DNA of 64,000 nucleotides from an uncultured Spirochaetia bacterium (GCA_937125225.1 CAKZLE010000005.1:14441-78440); one strand, 5' to 3'; counted from the first letter of the stretch, positions 9,321 through 20,537 are shown. Numbers and translations: made by a program. Notes: generated from the sequence alone by a model not told the origin.

Positions 9321-12141
9321 GTAAAACCTTTGAAAGATACTCTCCTGTATATGAACCGGGACAAGCAGCAATTTTTTCTGGTGTTCCTTCACATATTATT
9401 TCTCCACCCTTATCACCACCATCGGGTCCTAAATCAATGATATGATCTGCAACTTTGATGACATCAAGATTATGTTCGATCAATACAACGGTATTACCTT
9501 TATCGGCTAATCTCTCAATGACTTCCATCAATCTCTTGATATCAGCGAAATGAAGGCCTGTTGTAGGTTCATCTATAATATAGAAGGTCTTGCCAGTACT
9601 TCTTTTTGATAATTCAAGACTGAGTTTGACCCTCTGAGCCTCACCACCTGATAAGGTTAGTGCTGATTGTCCAAGTTTTATATACTCGAGCCCGACCGAT
9701 TTGAGCATCTCAAGTTTATGTTTGATTTTTGGTATCGCATTGAAGAAATCAAACGCTTGTTCAACGGTCATATCAAGCACTTCATGTATATTCTTTCCCT
9801 TGTACCTGACCTCTAGGGTCTCTTTATTGAAGCGCTTTCCACCACAAACATCACAGGTTACATATACATCAGGTAGAAACTGCATCTCGATCTTCAGGTT
9901 TCCATCACCTTGACAGTTCTCACATCGCCCACCCTTCACATTGAAGGAGAATCTCCCAGGTTTATAGCCTCTTGCTTTTGATTCAGGTAATGAAGCGAAC
10001 AGTTCTCTGATTGGGGTAAAAAGACCTACATAGGTTGCAGGGTTCGATCTTGGAGTCCTGCCAATTGGGTTCTGATCTATACTGATGACTTTATCAATAT
10101 GTTCCAGACCTTCAACAGCATCACAACTGTGATGATGTATGGGTTTTCTCTGTAATGATGCTTGAAGTGCAGGATAAATGATCTCATTGAGTAGTGTGGA
10201 TTTTCCAGATCCTGATACTCCAGTAATGACGTTTAGTTTTCCTAGAGGGATTGATACATCAATATTCTTCAAATTATTCTTATGGGCATTGAACACCTTG
10301 ATCATCTCTCCATTACCTGGACGTCTTTCTAAAGGCAAGTCAATCTTTATCTTACCACTCAAAAATTGCCCTGTAATACTCTTTGAGTTATTAGAGACCT
10401 GTTCAGGAGTACCCTGAGCGATAACCTTCCCACCGTGTACACCAGCACCTGGGCCGAGATCGACGATGTAATCAGCTTCTCGTAGAGTAGTCTCATCGTG
10501 TTCTACGACGATAAGTGTATTACCTATATCCCTTAGCCTTTTCAAAGTATCTATAAGCCGCATATTATCTCTCTGATGGAGACCTATCGAGGGTTCATCT
10601 AGAACATAGAGAACTCCTGTCAAGGATGATCCGATCTGAGTAGCCAATCGTATCCTCTGAGCCTCACCACCAGATAAAGTTCCAGCAGAACGGTTGAGAG
10701 TAAGGTATTCAAGTCCGACCTGATCGAGAAAATAGAGTCTCTCCTTAATTTCCTTCAGAATCTGTTCACTGATCTTCGTATCAGTCACAGAGAGCTTTAA
10801 TCTATCAAAGTAGGCAATAGCATCTTTTACTGAGAATGCAGTGACTTCCGTAATATTCTTGTTATCTATTAGAACTGCAAGGGCCTCTTTTCTTAATCTC
10901 TGACCTTTACAAGATGGACAACTGTCTCCAGTCATGAATCCATCCATCCATTTTCGGATACCTTGAGAACTTGTCTCATAGTATCTTCTCTTAAGATCAT
11001 TTATCACCCCAGCAAACTCTTTCTCATATTCATAGACACCATTGTTCTTCTCATTGATATACTTGATCCGGATCTTGTCTTTAGTCCCATACAGAAGGGC
11101 CTGAAAGATATCATCAGAAAGATTTACCAATGGTTCATCTAGTGTGAATTCATAGTGTTTTGCAAATGAAGCCATGAGGGACCTGTTCCAGGATGCAGAA
11201 GGATTCATTGAAGCTATACCACCCTCATTGAAACTTTTGGTTTTGTCGGGGATGATTAGATCAGGATCGAAAGAGGTCACTGCTCCTATTCCATTACATT
11301 CTGGACACGCTCCAAAAGGATTATTGAAGGAGAATAACCTAGGTTCTAGTTCAGGGATACTGATACCACAATCAGTGCAGGAATTCTTCTCTGAAAAAGT
11401 CTCTGCACTCATACTCTTATCATCATTGATCTTTAGTATCGTCACGACCCCATCGGAAAGTTCCAAAGCAGATTCAATCGAACTTACGAGTCTTTTATGA
11501 TTGTCATCGTTTAATATTACTCGATCTATAACTATTTCAATTGTATGCTTCTTATGTTTCTCAAGTGAGATCGTATCATCGAGTTGTGTGATCACTCCAT
11601 TAATCCTTGCTCTAAGGAATCCCGACTTCTTTGCATCTGATAATACTTTCTGATGCTCACCCTTCTTTCCTACGATCACTGGAGAAAGGACCATCAGTCT
11701 ACTTTCATCTTCATATTCACAAACATGCTCGACAATCTGATCAATCGACTGTTCTTGAATGGGTTTTCCACATTTAGGGCAATGTGGAACTCCAATACGA
11801 GCCCACAATAGACGATAATAGTCATAAATCTCAGTAACGGTTCCTACCGTTGACCTTGGATTCTTATGTGTTGTCTTTTGCTCAATTGCAATCGAGGGGG
11901 ATAGCCCTTCGATATAGTCTACATCAGGTTTCTCGAGCCTCCCTAAGAACTGTCTAGCATATGCTGAAAGTGATTCTACATATCTTCTCTGACCTTCTGC
12001 AAATATCGTATCAAAGGCCAAAGAAGATTTTCCTGACCCACTGATTCCTGATATCACTATGAGTTTATCCCGTTCGAGTTCTAAATCTATATTTTGAAGG
12101 TTGTGCTCTTTCGCACCCTTAATTATCAGTTTTTTCATCAA
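9313..12141 (-). CDS. uvrA: excinuclease ABC subunit A
   Basis: 942 aa; two ABC ATPase modules (GISGSGKSSLAF and GVSGSGKSTL), zinc-finger CxxC pairs, and the LSGGEAQR signatures. Confidence 0.95.
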   Translation of the reverse strand: MMKKLIIKGAKEHNLQNIDLELERDKLIVISGISGSGKSSLAFDTIFAEGQRRYVESLSAYARQFLGRLEKPDVDYIEGLSPSIAIEQKTTHKNPRSTVGTVTEIYDYYRLLWARIGVPHCPKCGKPIQEQSIDQIVEHVCEYEDESRLMVLSPVIVGKKGEHQKVLSDAKKSGFLRARINGVITQLDDTISLEKHKKHTIEIVIDRVILNDDNHKRLVSSIESALELSDGVVTILKINDDKSMSAETFSEKNSCTDCGISIPELEPRLFSFNNPFGACPECNGIGAVTSFDPDLIIPDKTKSFNEGGIASMNPSASWNRSLMASFAKHYEFTLDEPLVNLSDDIFQALLYGTKDKIRIKYINEKNNGVYEYEKEFAGVINDLKRRYYETSSQGIRKWMDGFMTGDSCPSCKGQRLRKEALAVLIDNKNITEVTAFSVKDAIAYFDRLKLSVTDTKISEQILKEIKERLYFLDQVGLEYLTLNRSAGTLSGGEAQRIRLATQIGSSLTGVLYVLDEPSIGLHQRDNMRLIDTLKRLRDIGNTLIVVEHDETTLREADYIVDLGPGAGVHGGKVIAQGTPEQVSNNSKSITGQFLSGKIKIDLPLERRPGNGEMIKVFNAHKNNLKNIDVSIPLGKLNVITGVSGSGKSTLLNEIIYPALQASLQRKPIHHHSCDAVEGLEHIDKVISIDQNPIGRTPRSNPATYVGLFTPIRELFASLPESKARGYKPGRFSFNVKGGRCENCQGDGNLKIEMQFLPDVYVTCDVCGGKRFNKETLEVRYKGKNIHEVLDMTVEQAFDFFNAIPKIKHKLEMLKSVGLEYIKLGQSALTLSGGEAQRVKLSLELSKRSTGKTFYIIDEPTTGLHFADIKRLMEVIERLADKGNTVVLIEHNLDVIKVADHIIDLGPDGGDKGGEIICEGTPEKIAACPGSYTGEYLSKVLHG

Positions 12142-13189
12142 TTATCCTGTTAAGCTCCTGTAAAAAATTCTTTTTTGCATCTTCCTTCGATACACGAGAA
12201 AAGATTTTCCCCTGCTTGAATATCACAACCTCATTTCCTAGGCCGGTTATACCCAAATCAGCGTGAGAGGCCTCTCCAGGTCCATTAACCGCACATCCCA
12301 TAACAGCTATGGTTATGTTCTCCTTCACCTTTTCCAGTTCATCTTTAATCTCTTCGATGAATTTATGAGTATTGAACCCTGCCCTGCCACATTTAGGACA
12401 GGATATGGTCCTGATCCCATCATCATAGCAGCCTAATGCTTTAAGTAGTTCCTTTCCTGCTACTATCTCATCTCTCACAGGACCGGTGATTGATATTCTG
12501 AGTGTATCACCGATTCCTTGTTCGATAAGTTTCCCAAGAGCAAGGGTGCTTTTTGTAATCGAAGGAATCAATGGGCCCGCTTCAGTCACTCCAAGATGCA
12601 GTGGTATATCATATTTATCTGCGAAGATCCTATTCACCTCATAACATACATGGGGATCTGAATCTTTCATAGAGACTACGAGATTCATAAAATCTCTCTT
12701 ATCGAACATATCAATATAGGAATCAATGATCTCAAGCATCCCTTTCACACGATCATCAATCTTTCTGTATGCGACAGGAAGGGATCCACCGTTAATTCCA
12801 ATCCTTATTGCACTATCATGATCTTTAGCACTCTTGATAATCTCTTCTACTTTCCATATAGCTCCAATATTTCCAGGATTGATCCTTATCTTCGGTATAC
12901 CGATTTCAAGAGAGCCTATGGCAAGTTTATGGTCAAAGTGTATATCTGCAACAAGGGGTATAGGAGAGTGCTCTTGTATGATACCAAGCGGTGTCAAAGC
13001 GTCTGCGTTCTCAACGGAGAAACGTATAAGATCACAGCCAATCGATGCAAGGTCATAGATAGATCGTATGACTTCTTGAGGGTTACTAATAGCTCTATCC
13101 CACATGGTCTGTATGGCGATCCTATTATTATTTCCTATCTTCAAGGCACCTATATGTACTTCTCTAGTTTTCTTTCGTTTCATATCCAT
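12119..13189 (-). CDS. ispG: 4-hydroxy-3-methylbut-2-enyl diphosphate synthase (GcpE)
   Basis: 356 aa; TIM-barrel N-domain (IRISITGP-like, ...PLVADIHFD...) and a C-terminal 4Fe-4S Cys triad (CPKCGR...GCAVNGPGE). Confidence 0.9.
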   Translation of the reverse strand: MDMKRKKTREVHIGALKIGNNNRIAIQTMWDRAISNPQEVIRSIYDLASIGCDLIRFSVENADALTPLGIIQEHSPIPLVADIHFDHKLAIGSLEIGIPKIRINPGNIGAIWKVEEIIKSAKDHDSAIRIGINGGSLPVAYRKIDDRVKGMLEIIDSYIDMFDKRDFMNLVVSMKDSDPHVCYEVNRIFADKYDIPLHLGVTEAGPLIPSITKSTLALGKLIEQGIGDTLRISITGPVRDEIVAGKELLKALGCYDDGIRTISCPKCGRAGFNTHKFIEEIKDELEKVKENITIAVMGCAVNGPGEASHADLGITGLGNEVVIFKQGKIFSRVSKEDAKKNFLQELNRIIDEKTDN

Positions 13190-13202
13190 AAATATAACAT
13201 AT

Positions 13203-13239
13203 AAAAAAAAAAGGTTGTACCATCAAATGATACAACCTT
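13203..13239 (-). terminator. rho-independent terminator of the V-ATPase operon
   Basis: Perfect 9-bp stem AAGGTTGTA/TACAACCTT (13211-13219 / 13231-13239) with an 11-nt loop. The flanking A-run 13203-13212 on the + strand is the U-tract on the minus strand, immediately after the atpK stop. Confidence 0.7.
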
Positions 13240-13263
13240 CTTCGCATGAGCTAATCGTAAGTC

Positions 13264-13701
13264 TTACTGTAGTGTTAACATCAAGAAGACCATCACGAAC
13301 AGTGCGACTGTCTCAACGACACCGAGAACCATGAAGTAGTTTGCAGTACCTTTTCCAGTCTCAGATAAAGCATCTGCAGCTGCAGCTCCGGCCTTTCCCT
13401 GCATCATTGCAGAAGCGCCCATCGCTAAACCACCGAAAATACCAGCGGCGAGGAGAACCATCGGATCCGTATTCCCATTTGCTGCTGCAGCTCGGATGAA
13501 ATTCATCAGAAGGTAACCATAGATGGTCTGAGTAAGTGGTGCACCTACAAAGGCCACAACCATAAAAGGTGCAGGCTTATTATTTGCGAAACACTTCTTC
13601 CATCCACCTACTGCTGCTTGAGCTGCAAATCCGGTACCTAATGCAGATCCAACTGCTGCGAGACATAACGCGGCTGCTGGTCCCAATAATCCAATATTCA
13701 T
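13264..13701 (-). CDS. atpK: V-type ATP synthase subunit K (proteolipid)
   Basis: 145 aa, very hydrophobic, Gly/Ala-rich helices (MNIGLLGPAAALCLAAVGSALGTG...), last gene of the operon. Confidence 0.85.
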   Translation of the reverse strand: MNIGLLGPAAALCLAAVGSALGTGFAAQAAVGGWKKCFANNKPAPFMVVAFVGAPLTQTIYGYLLMNFIRAAAANGNTDPMVLLAAGIFGGLAMGASAMMQGKAGAAAADALSETGKGTANYFMVLGVVETVALFVMVFLMLTLQ

Positions 13702-13704
13702 ACG

Positions 13705-15591
13705 TCACTCCTTAATATTATTCGAATTTTGTGAGTATTCTCTAATTGACGCTTCAAGATTCTCCTTGAAGGGTTCATATTTTATACCGGTCCATTCCAT
13801 TCCCAACTGACCGGAAAACTCCAACATATTCAATCTGACACCATGAACAACTACTGAAAGAAGTCCCATGACAAGGTTCAAACCATGACCTAGCAGCAGT
13901 ATAATAATTGCCGCTGGAATAGTCCATCCTCCGAACATAGGTTCTGCCATTGAGTTGAAACTCGATGAGATCGCAACTGATGCCATACCGACTGCAAACA
14001 GTCTGATATAAGAGATAATATTTGAAAATCCACTGATAGCATCTAGGAAGGTATTGAATAATCCTCCGAGTCCTTTCAGTAGTCCTTTAGCAAAACTTTG
14101 TCCTTCTTTCTGTTCATAGAAAAGCACAAAGGTGATAAAACCGATGACGATCAGATACATTCCCCAACTTGGGAATGCATAACTCAGAACTAGAGTTAGT
14201 ACGAGGAAGTAAAGGCCTACAATCATCAGCAACCAACCTAGTTGAGCAAAAGCTTTTCTTTCAGGAAACTGTCTGAAGAAATTGATGATACATGCAAGTG
14301 AAAGTTGACAGATTCCAAGAAGAAAACTGATGAAGATCACAGAATTCTGAGAATCTTTAACAGATACTCCTTCGAATAGTTCTGTGAATGTGGATATCTG
14401 AGGAATCACCAGTCCTTTGAGCAATGGAATCGTCTCTAACAGCGAACTGGACCCAAACCAGGTACCTGTGAGTGTTCCCCATATGATAGTCACACTACTG
14501 AGAACATAGAGCAGTTTTACAGGTTCTGTCAATTTCTTGATTCCTACATGTAAACCTATTGCACCACCTAAGAAAATAAGTCCATACCCTGCATCACCAA
14601 CAATCATCGCGAAGAATATGGCAAAGAAGAGCAAGAAGAACATACTAACATCATATTCTCTATAACCAGGTACCGTCCCAAGTATATCGAAAACAGGTTG
14701 TATGATACGTACGAACTTATTATTCTTTAATTTAGTTGGAACTGGATCCTCTTCGGTAACATCATCAATAAGGAGTCCCCAATTATCGCTCTTAGCACGA
14801 CTTCTCACTGCATCAGAAGATTCCTCTGGTATAAAACCAGTGATCCAGGAGACAGTTCCATTACTATCCATACTATGTTTGACGGTCTCAAAAATAATCT
14901 CTTCATTGATAAGTTTCAAGACCTCTTTATAGGCAGAAAGATAACGTATCTCATCATAGAAAGTAGCCGTGATCTCTTCTTTTCTAGCTAGATTCTCATC
15001 TATAACTCTTTGACAATCAATGATTCCGTACTCTGGTAATCCAAAAGAGATGAATTCATCATTCTCAGGTAGAATACCACCTATTACGGCAATCTTAACC
15101 TGCTTTCCCTGATCCTTGAGAATCAAATACTGTGTCTTTTCATCAATCTTACTAAGAGACTTCTTTGCTAAAGAATAGAGTTTTATTGAAAGGCCATAAT
15201 CACTTTGTAGTTTCTGAATTATTTTGGGGTTAAAATCCCCCCATTCAGAGATACGGTCAATTTCCATTTGCAGATTTATATTCTGCATTTTTATGGACTC
15301 TTCCTCATCAATGATAGAAAGAACGACAACTCTCTTTTGCATTACTTCGTTATATCTGATCTTCTCTTCCACACGATGAGTAACATTCTTTACAGCGCTA
15401 TTAAATGTCAATTCAACCCGGTCGATGATCTTGACCAGTTCATCTTTTTGCGTTATCAGACTATCAAGTTTCTCAGATTTCCCACTTTTCTCATTGATAT
15501 GTAACACACCGAGTTCTCTGAGAGTCATCAGCGCATTAGTCTTATCAGCGGTTTTGACAAAGATCGAAATCTTTTTCATTGGTACAATCAT
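13705..15591 (-). CDS. atpI: V-type ATP synthase subunit I (a subunit)
   Basis: Soluble N-terminal half plus multi-TM C-terminal half. The start was moved to the ATG at 15589-15591 (MIVPMKKISIFV), which abuts the atpD stop; the ORF-track start at 15720 would overlap atpD by 128 nt. Confidence 0.8.
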   Translation of the reverse strand: MIVPMKKISIFVKTADKTNALMTLRELGVLHINEKSGKSEKLDSLITQKDELVKIIDRVELTFNSAVKNVTHRVEEKIRYNEVMQKRVVVLSIIDEEESIKMQNINLQMEIDRISEWGDFNPKIIQKLQSDYGLSIKLYSLAKKSLSKIDEKTQYLILKDQGKQVKIAVIGGILPENDEFISFGLPEYGIIDCQRVIDENLARKEEITATFYDEIRYLSAYKEVLKLINEEIIFETVKHSMDSNGTVSWITGFIPEESSDAVRSRAKSDNWGLLIDDVTEEDPVPTKLKNNKFVRIIQPVFDILGTVPGYREYDVSMFFLLFFAIFFAMIVGDAGYGLIFLGGAIGLHVGIKKLTEPVKLLYVLSSVTIIWGTLTGTWFGSSSLLETIPLLKGLVIPQISTFTELFEGVSVKDSQNSVIFISFLLGICQLSLACIINFFRQFPERKAFAQLGWLLMIVGLYFLVLTLVLSYAFPSWGMYLIVIGFITFVLFYEQKEGQSFAKGLLKGLGGLFNTFLDAISGFSNIISYIRLFAVGMASVAISSSFNSMAEPMFGGWTIPAAIIILLLGHGLNLVMGLLSVVVHGVRLNMLEFSGQLGMEWTGIKYEPFKENLEASIREYSQNSNNIKE

Positions 15592-15592
15592 A

Positions 15593-16207
15593 TTATGATA
15601 CCTTTGTAAGTTTGCTCTTTGCGATTTTTCCACGAACAACAGAAGCAGTCTGTTGGTCACCCAAGGCAATAGAGATTTTTCGGATATTATCTTTTGATTC
15701 AGGGATCTTGATCTTCTCAAAGAGATTCACTCGTTGAGAAGTTGTAACAAGTTCTCTATTGAGTAGTACGACCTGTTGTTCTAAAACTGTGATGAGTGCA
15801 TCGAACTCTGCGATGTTTCTCAAAGCCTCAATACCCTTATCAACCCATAAGGGATATTCTAACAGGTTATATGAAATCTCCTTGAAAGTGAGTTCTTCAA
15901 ATACCGGTATGGTCACTCCTGCAATATTACCCTTCTTCTTCTTTATCTTATCTACTTTAACAAGATGTTGTAACTGCAGGGATTCGTCGAACCTACGGTT
16001 CTCACCATATACGTGAACCCAATGGAGTAAAGATCTATGAACTGCTTCCTGTTTCTGTCTGTATTCAAGAATCTCTTGCTCAACCTGTCGTATTACCATC
16101 TGTAACTGCTGTTTCTTTAAAAGCAGAGTAGGTAGATATCTCTTATATCTTTTCAACTGATCTTTCTGTCGCTTTAATTCAGTTTTTGTCAACTTCACCG
16201 AAGCCAT
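15593..16207 (-). CDS. atpD: V-type ATP synthase subunit D
   Basis: 204 aa coiled-coil protein, MASVKLTKTELKRQKDQLKRYKRYLPTLLLKKQQL, characteristic of V/A-ATPase D. Confidence 0.85.
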   Translation of the reverse strand: MASVKLTKTELKRQKDQLKRYKRYLPTLLLKKQQLQMVIRQVEQEILEYRQKQEAVHRSLLHWVHVYGENRRFDESLQLQHLVKVDKIKKKKGNIAGVTIPVFEELTFKEISYNLLEYPLWVDKGIEALRNIAEFDALITVLEQQVVLLNRELVTTSQRVNLFEKIKIPESKDNIRKISIALGDQQTASVVRGKIAKSKLTKVS

Positions 16208-16226
16208 ATATTAATACCTCGTTTAA

Positions 16227-17525
16227 TCAGTCTTTCTTAGGCCAGTATTTCATGATCAATTCTGATCGAATTCCAGTCTCATCAGGTGTAAAACACTTTG
16301 CTAGAATCTCCCAACCGCTATCAAGGGCCTTTTCTAATGGAATATTAACTGCAAGGTCCATCATATTCTGTTCGAATAGAGTACCATATTCTAGTAGTTT
16401 ACTATCCCAATCTGACATCTGAAATCCCATTGATTTCTTTTCCAAGGCCTCTTTGAATGCTGCATAGAGTTTGATCATACCATCCATCAAGGTTCTATGG
16501 TCATCTCTTGTATCTTTATTGACGAGTTGTTTCAGTCGTGAAAGTGAACCAAAAGGTTCAATTCTTCCATTCTTGAGATAGTACTGCCCCTCTGTGATAT
16601 ATCCAGTATTATCAGGTACTGGATGTGTTACATCATCTCCTGGCATCGTAGTGACACCAAGGATTGTGACTGATCCGGCACCTTCAAAGTCAACAGCCTT
16701 TTCATATCGAGAAGCCAATGAACTATACAGATCTCCAGGATAACCTCTATTAGATGGTACCTGATCCATTGTGATAGCAATCTCTTTTAAGGAGTCAGCA
16801 AAGTTTGTCATATCAGTTAGGAGTACAAGGACTCTCTTTCCTTGAAGTGCAAACTGTTCAGCTACAGCAAGGGATATATCTGGTACAAGCATACATTCTA
16901 CTGTGGGGTCTGAAGCTGTATGGACAAAAAAGATCGTCCTACTCATTGCACCACCCTTTTCAAGTGATTCCTTGAAAAGAAGATAATCATCAAACTTAAG
17001 TCCCATACCACCAAGAATAATCAGATCTACCTCAGCCTGCATAGCAATTCTTGATAACATCTCATTATAGGGTTCACCTGAAACTGAGAAGATTGGAAGT
17101 TTCTGAGATTCTACGAGGGTATTGAACACGTCAATCATAGGTATACCGGTTCTGATCATCTTAGAAGCAAGGATTCTCTTAGCTGGGTTAACCGAAGGCC
17201 CACCGATAGGAATCATATTATCTGTTAAGGCAGGACCATTATCTCGAGGTTTACCACTTCCATCGAAGATTCGTCCCATGAGATTTTCAGAAAAAGAGAC
17301 CTGCATGGGATAACCGAGGAATCTTACAGTATCTCCTGTTGATACTCCTCTACCACCTGCAAACACCTGAAGGGAAACCACTTTCCCATCAAGCTTTATA
17401 ACACTAGCTAAAGACTCTCCATGCTTTGAACTCACAACGGCAAGGTCTTGATTTTTCACACCATCGGCAGCAACGGTAATGACGTTACCTGCGATTGAAT
17501 CTATTTTAGTATATACTTTCTGCAT
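16227..17525 (-). CDS. atpB: V-type ATP synthase subunit B
   Basis: 432 aa, non-catalytic nucleotide-binding fold; strong similarity pattern to A/V-type B subunits (…[15 protein letters not shown]…). Confidence 0.9.
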   Translation of the reverse strand: MQKVYTKIDSIAGNVITVAADGVKNQDLAVVSSKHGESLASVIKLDGKVVSLQVFAGGRGVSTGDTVRFLGYPMQVSFSENLMGRIFDGSGKPRDNGPALTDNMIPIGGPSVNPAKRILASKMIRTGIPMIDVFNTLVESQKLPIFSVSGEPYNEMLSRIAMQAEVDLIILGGMGLKFDDYLLFKESLEKGGAMSRTIFFVHTASDPTVECMLVPDISLAVAEQFALQGKRVLVLLTDMTNFADSLKEIAITMDQVPSNRGYPGDLYSSLASRYEKAVDFEGAGSVTILGVTTMPGDDVTHPVPDNTGYITEGQYYLKNGRIEPFGSLSRLKQLVNKDTRDDHRTLMDGMIKLYAAFKEALEKKSMGFQMSDWDSKLLEYGTLFEQNMMDLAVNIPLEKALDSGWEILAKCFTPDETGIRSELIMKYWPKKD

Positions 17526-17536
17526 TATATCCGCCT

Positions 17537-19297
17537 TTAACCTAATATCTTCTCATTTTCAGAGCTCAGGGAGATGAATTTCTCGTTTAAAAGATTATCA
17601 AGCTCTTTTTCCTGCATAGAGAAAGCATCAGAACCCCATTGGCAACCATTCCAGTCTAAGAACTTCTGTCTGATCTGGTTGAAATAGCCTCTTGCCGCAT
17701 CTTTTGATTCTAGTGCATATTCTGATCCGAGAATGGTAAATAATTTTCTGAATATATATTTCTGTCGTTCTACTGATACTGAACTATCAACTGGATCAAA
17801 ACCATTCTGCTGAAGGTATACTGCATCAAGCATCTCGGATTTCTGGAAGATAACATAATCATTAAGACTGGTACCCTCTTCTCCGACGACCTTCATCATC
17901 TGGTTGACCTCATCACCTCGAAATAAGACTCCTCGAGTATTCTCGACCATCTTATCATCAAGTACACCTTTATACTTGGACCAGCTTTCCAATGGTTGGA
18001 TCGCAGGATACTTCCTTGCATCGGATCGTTCTCTTGATAGTCCAAGGAATGCTCCAACGACTTTCAAGGTAGCCTGTGTTACTGGCTCCTCAAAGTTTCC
18101 ACCAGCAGGAGAAACTGTACCACCGATCGTTACTGATCCGATACTTCCGTCATTAAGACGAACAACACCGGCACGTTCATAGAAACTCGCAATCACCGAT
18201 TCCAGATATGCCGGAAATGATTCTTCCCCTGGTATCTCTTCAAGTCTACCTGACATCTCTCGCATAGCTTGTGCCCAACGTGATGTGGAGTCTGCAAGGA
18301 GTAGGACATCAAGTCCCATTTCTCTATAGTATTCAGCTAAAGTAACAGCAGTATAAACTGAAGCCTCTCTTGCTGCTACCGGCATAGAACTTGTATTACA
18401 AATGATGATTGTTCTTTCCATCAGAGGTTTGCCAGTCCGTGGATCAAGGAGTTCTGGAAATTCTTTGAGAGTTTCAACGACCTCTCCTGCTCGTTCACCA
18501 CATGCTGCGATTATAACGATATCGACCTCAGCATTTCTTGCTGTACCCTGCTGAAGTACGGTCTTTCCAGCACCAAAAGGTCCGGGAATACAGAAGGTAC
18601 CACCCTTAGCTATCGGAAAGAAGGTATCGATCAAACGAGTCTTAGTGATCATTGGATCTACAGGTTTCAATCTCTCTTCATATAGGTCAATAGCTTTCTT
18701 TACCGGCCAGGTGAAAATCATAGTCAAATCATGATCTTTCTTATCTGAATCGGTGAGAACAGCAATTGTCTCATCATTACTATATTCTCCCTTTTTAACG
18801 ATACTCTTGACGACATAATCATCAGGTTTCAAAGAGAAAGGGACCATGATTTTATGGTCGAAGATACCCTCAGGTACCGAACCAAACATCTCAGCTGGTC
18901 TGAGCACATCTCCCTTCTTCACAGATGGGGTGAACTCATAGGTAGCTCTTGGCAGAGCTTTGAGGTACTCTCCTCGTTCAAGGAAGAATCCACATTTTTC
19001 AGCAAGTTCTGGAAGTGGATTCTGTAATCCGTCATAGACCTTGCCAAGAAGTCCAGGTCCCAATTCTACACTTAACATCTCACCGGTGAATTCTACGAGG
19101 TCACCAACACCGATACCACCGGTCATCTCAAATGCTTGCATTGAAACAATACCATTCTTGATTCTTATAACCTCTGATTTGACTCTTGTTTCACCTAATA
19201 CGATATAAGCTACTTCATTGAGTGATACGTCATCATCAACTTTAACTGAAACCATGTTACCGTTGATTCCAACGACTGTCCCTTTATTCATTGCCAT
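17537..19297 (-). CDS. atpA: V-type ATP synthase catalytic subunit A
   Basis: 586 aa; P-loop [10 protein letters not shown]; the non-homologous insert region typical of A subunits. Confidence 0.9.
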   Translation of the reverse strand: MAMNKGTVVGINGNMVSVKVDDDVSLNEVAYIVLGETRVKSEVIRIKNGIVSMQAFEMTGGIGVGDLVEFTGEMLSVELGPGLLGKVYDGLQNPLPELAEKCGFFLERGEYLKALPRATYEFTPSVKKGDVLRPAEMFGSVPEGIFDHKIMVPFSLKPDDYVVKSIVKKGEYSNDETIAVLTDSDKKDHDLTMIFTWPVKKAIDLYEERLKPVDPMITKTRLIDTFFPIAKGGTFCIPGPFGAGKTVLQQGTARNAEVDIVIIAACGERAGEVVETLKEFPELLDPRTGKPLMERTIIICNTSSMPVAAREASVYTAVTLAEYYREMGLDVLLLADSTSRWAQAMREMSGRLEEIPGEESFPAYLESVIASFYERAGVVRLNDGSIGSVTIGGTVSPAGGNFEEPVTQATLKVVGAFLGLSRERSDARKYPAIQPLESWSKYKGVLDDKMVENTRGVLFRGDEVNQMMKVVGEEGTSLNDYVIFQKSEMLDAVYLQQNGFDPVDSSVSVERQKYIFRKLFTILGSEYALESKDAARGYFNQIRQKFLDWNGCQWGSDAFSMQEKELDNLLNEKFISLSSENEKILG

Positions 19298-19315
19298 GTA
19301 ACTACTCCACTATTT

Positions 19316-19861
19316 CTAATAACTCTTAATGCTTGTCTGTATATTCGATAATAATCGTTTGAATTCTGTATCCCCACCATCAAAATCAAAAGCCGTTTCT
19401 CTCTCAAGGATCGATAGTCTGAGATAATATACTATGATATTGGTAATATCAAAATAGTGATTCATCTCAAGTTCATCTAGATATGCTAGTCTTGTAGCAT
19501 TCAAGAGTCTCTCACCTTCTAAAGGAGAACTGTTGGAGATAGCATTTCTCACAACATCCTTGATACTTGGAAAGGAGAATTCTGTTGAGATATACGGTGC
19601 GGTATCTTTGATATCCATTCTTTCAGCTCTTTGAATTGCAAGTTCATACTTCAAAGCACTTGAGAAAAAATTCCACTTCTCAACAGTCTCGTTCTTTACC
19701 TCTTTGGGATCTCCCTCAACAACCTCCATCAGGATCTCAAGATCCTTTTTTGATAGTTGCATCTTACACATTTCGATATATTCATCGCATGTGATGAGCG
19801 GGATGGACTCCAATTGGATAGTGGGCAAAGAAGATACCAGATAATAATAACTGGACACCAT
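19316..19861 (-). CDS. hypothetical protein conserved inside the spirochete V-ATPase operon (between E and A)
   Basis: 181 aa, no recognisable motif. The position matches the unnamed ORF found between atpE and atpA in Borrelia/Treponema operons; it may be a divergent C/F-type stalk subunit. Confidence 0.5.
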   Translation of the reverse strand: MVSSYYYLVSSLPTIQLESIPLITCDEYIEMCKMQLSKKDLEILMEVVEGDPKEVKNETVEKWNFFSSALKYELAIQRAERMDIKDTAPYISTEFSFPSIKDVVRNAISNSSPLEGERLLNATRLAYLDELEMNHYFDITNIIVYYLRLSILERETAFDFDGGDTEFKRLLSNIQTSIKSY

Positions 19862-20502
19862 TACTCTCCTTTTTTAGCCGCTTCTGCAATGATTGCTGAT
19901 AGATAGGGGTTCACCAGTTTGGTAATCGCATTTGAAATCTCTTCTACAGAGAAGTCAAAATATGCTTTACCATCTTTTTGTGAAACTAAGAATCCACCTT
20001 TCATCGTTGATACCGGTTTAAGGGTCATACCTGATTCCAATTCTGATTTTAAACTCTTCTTCAAACCATCAAGTACAGTCTTTGCATCTTTCTGTGTCAA
20101 TTCAACAGATGTAGAGGAAGCTTCGACTAGGTCACTCTTGACAACAGCCTCAATACAATTCGACAGGATTTTTCCTGACAGATTTTTTGAGACTTCAGTA
20201 AATAGTGATTCTTGAAGGATTTCTTTGATTTTCTGTTCCAAAGCCAGTAGAAGGTCCCTTGCTGCCTGTTCTAAGGTAGCTTTTGAACTGATCTCTGTTT
20301 GAACAGCCTCTTTTCTTGCTTTATCAGTCATCTCAGCCGCTTCTTTCTTGGCCTGTGAAATGATACTCTTTGCCTCTTTCTTGGCAGATTCAATTATTGC
20401 ATTTGAACGTTTTTCAGCTTCTTCGAATCCATCCTTCTGAATAGATTCAATCAACTCTTTCAACTGTACTTCCATGTGCATCCTCGAACAATATTTTTCC
20501 AT
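19861..20502 (-). CDS. atpE: V-type ATP synthase subunit E
   Basis: Lys/Glu/Ala-rich coiled coil N-terminus (KELIESIQKDGFEEAEKRSNAIIESAKKEAK...) and a globular C-terminus; first gene of the operon. The true start may be an internal Met (MHMEV...). Confidence 0.7.
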   Translation of the reverse strand: MEKYCSRMHMEVQLKELIESIQKDGFEEAEKRSNAIIESAKKEAKSIISQAKKEAAEMTDKARKEAVQTEISSKATLEQAARDLLLALEQKIKEILQESLFTEVSKNLSGKILSNCIEAVVKSDLVEASSTSVELTQKDAKTVLDGLKKSLKSELESGMTLKPVSTMKGGFLVSQKDGKAYFDFSVEEISNAITKLVNPYLSAIIAEAAKKGE

Positions 20503-20537
20503 ACTATATCCCTATTGCAAAGTTTAATCAATAATTC

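Noticed and set aside
13104-13334. 76-aa + strand ORF spanning the ispG/atpK intergenic region
   Set aside because: It covers the V-ATPase terminator and the poly-A tract, overlaps atpK antisense, and is not coding-like.
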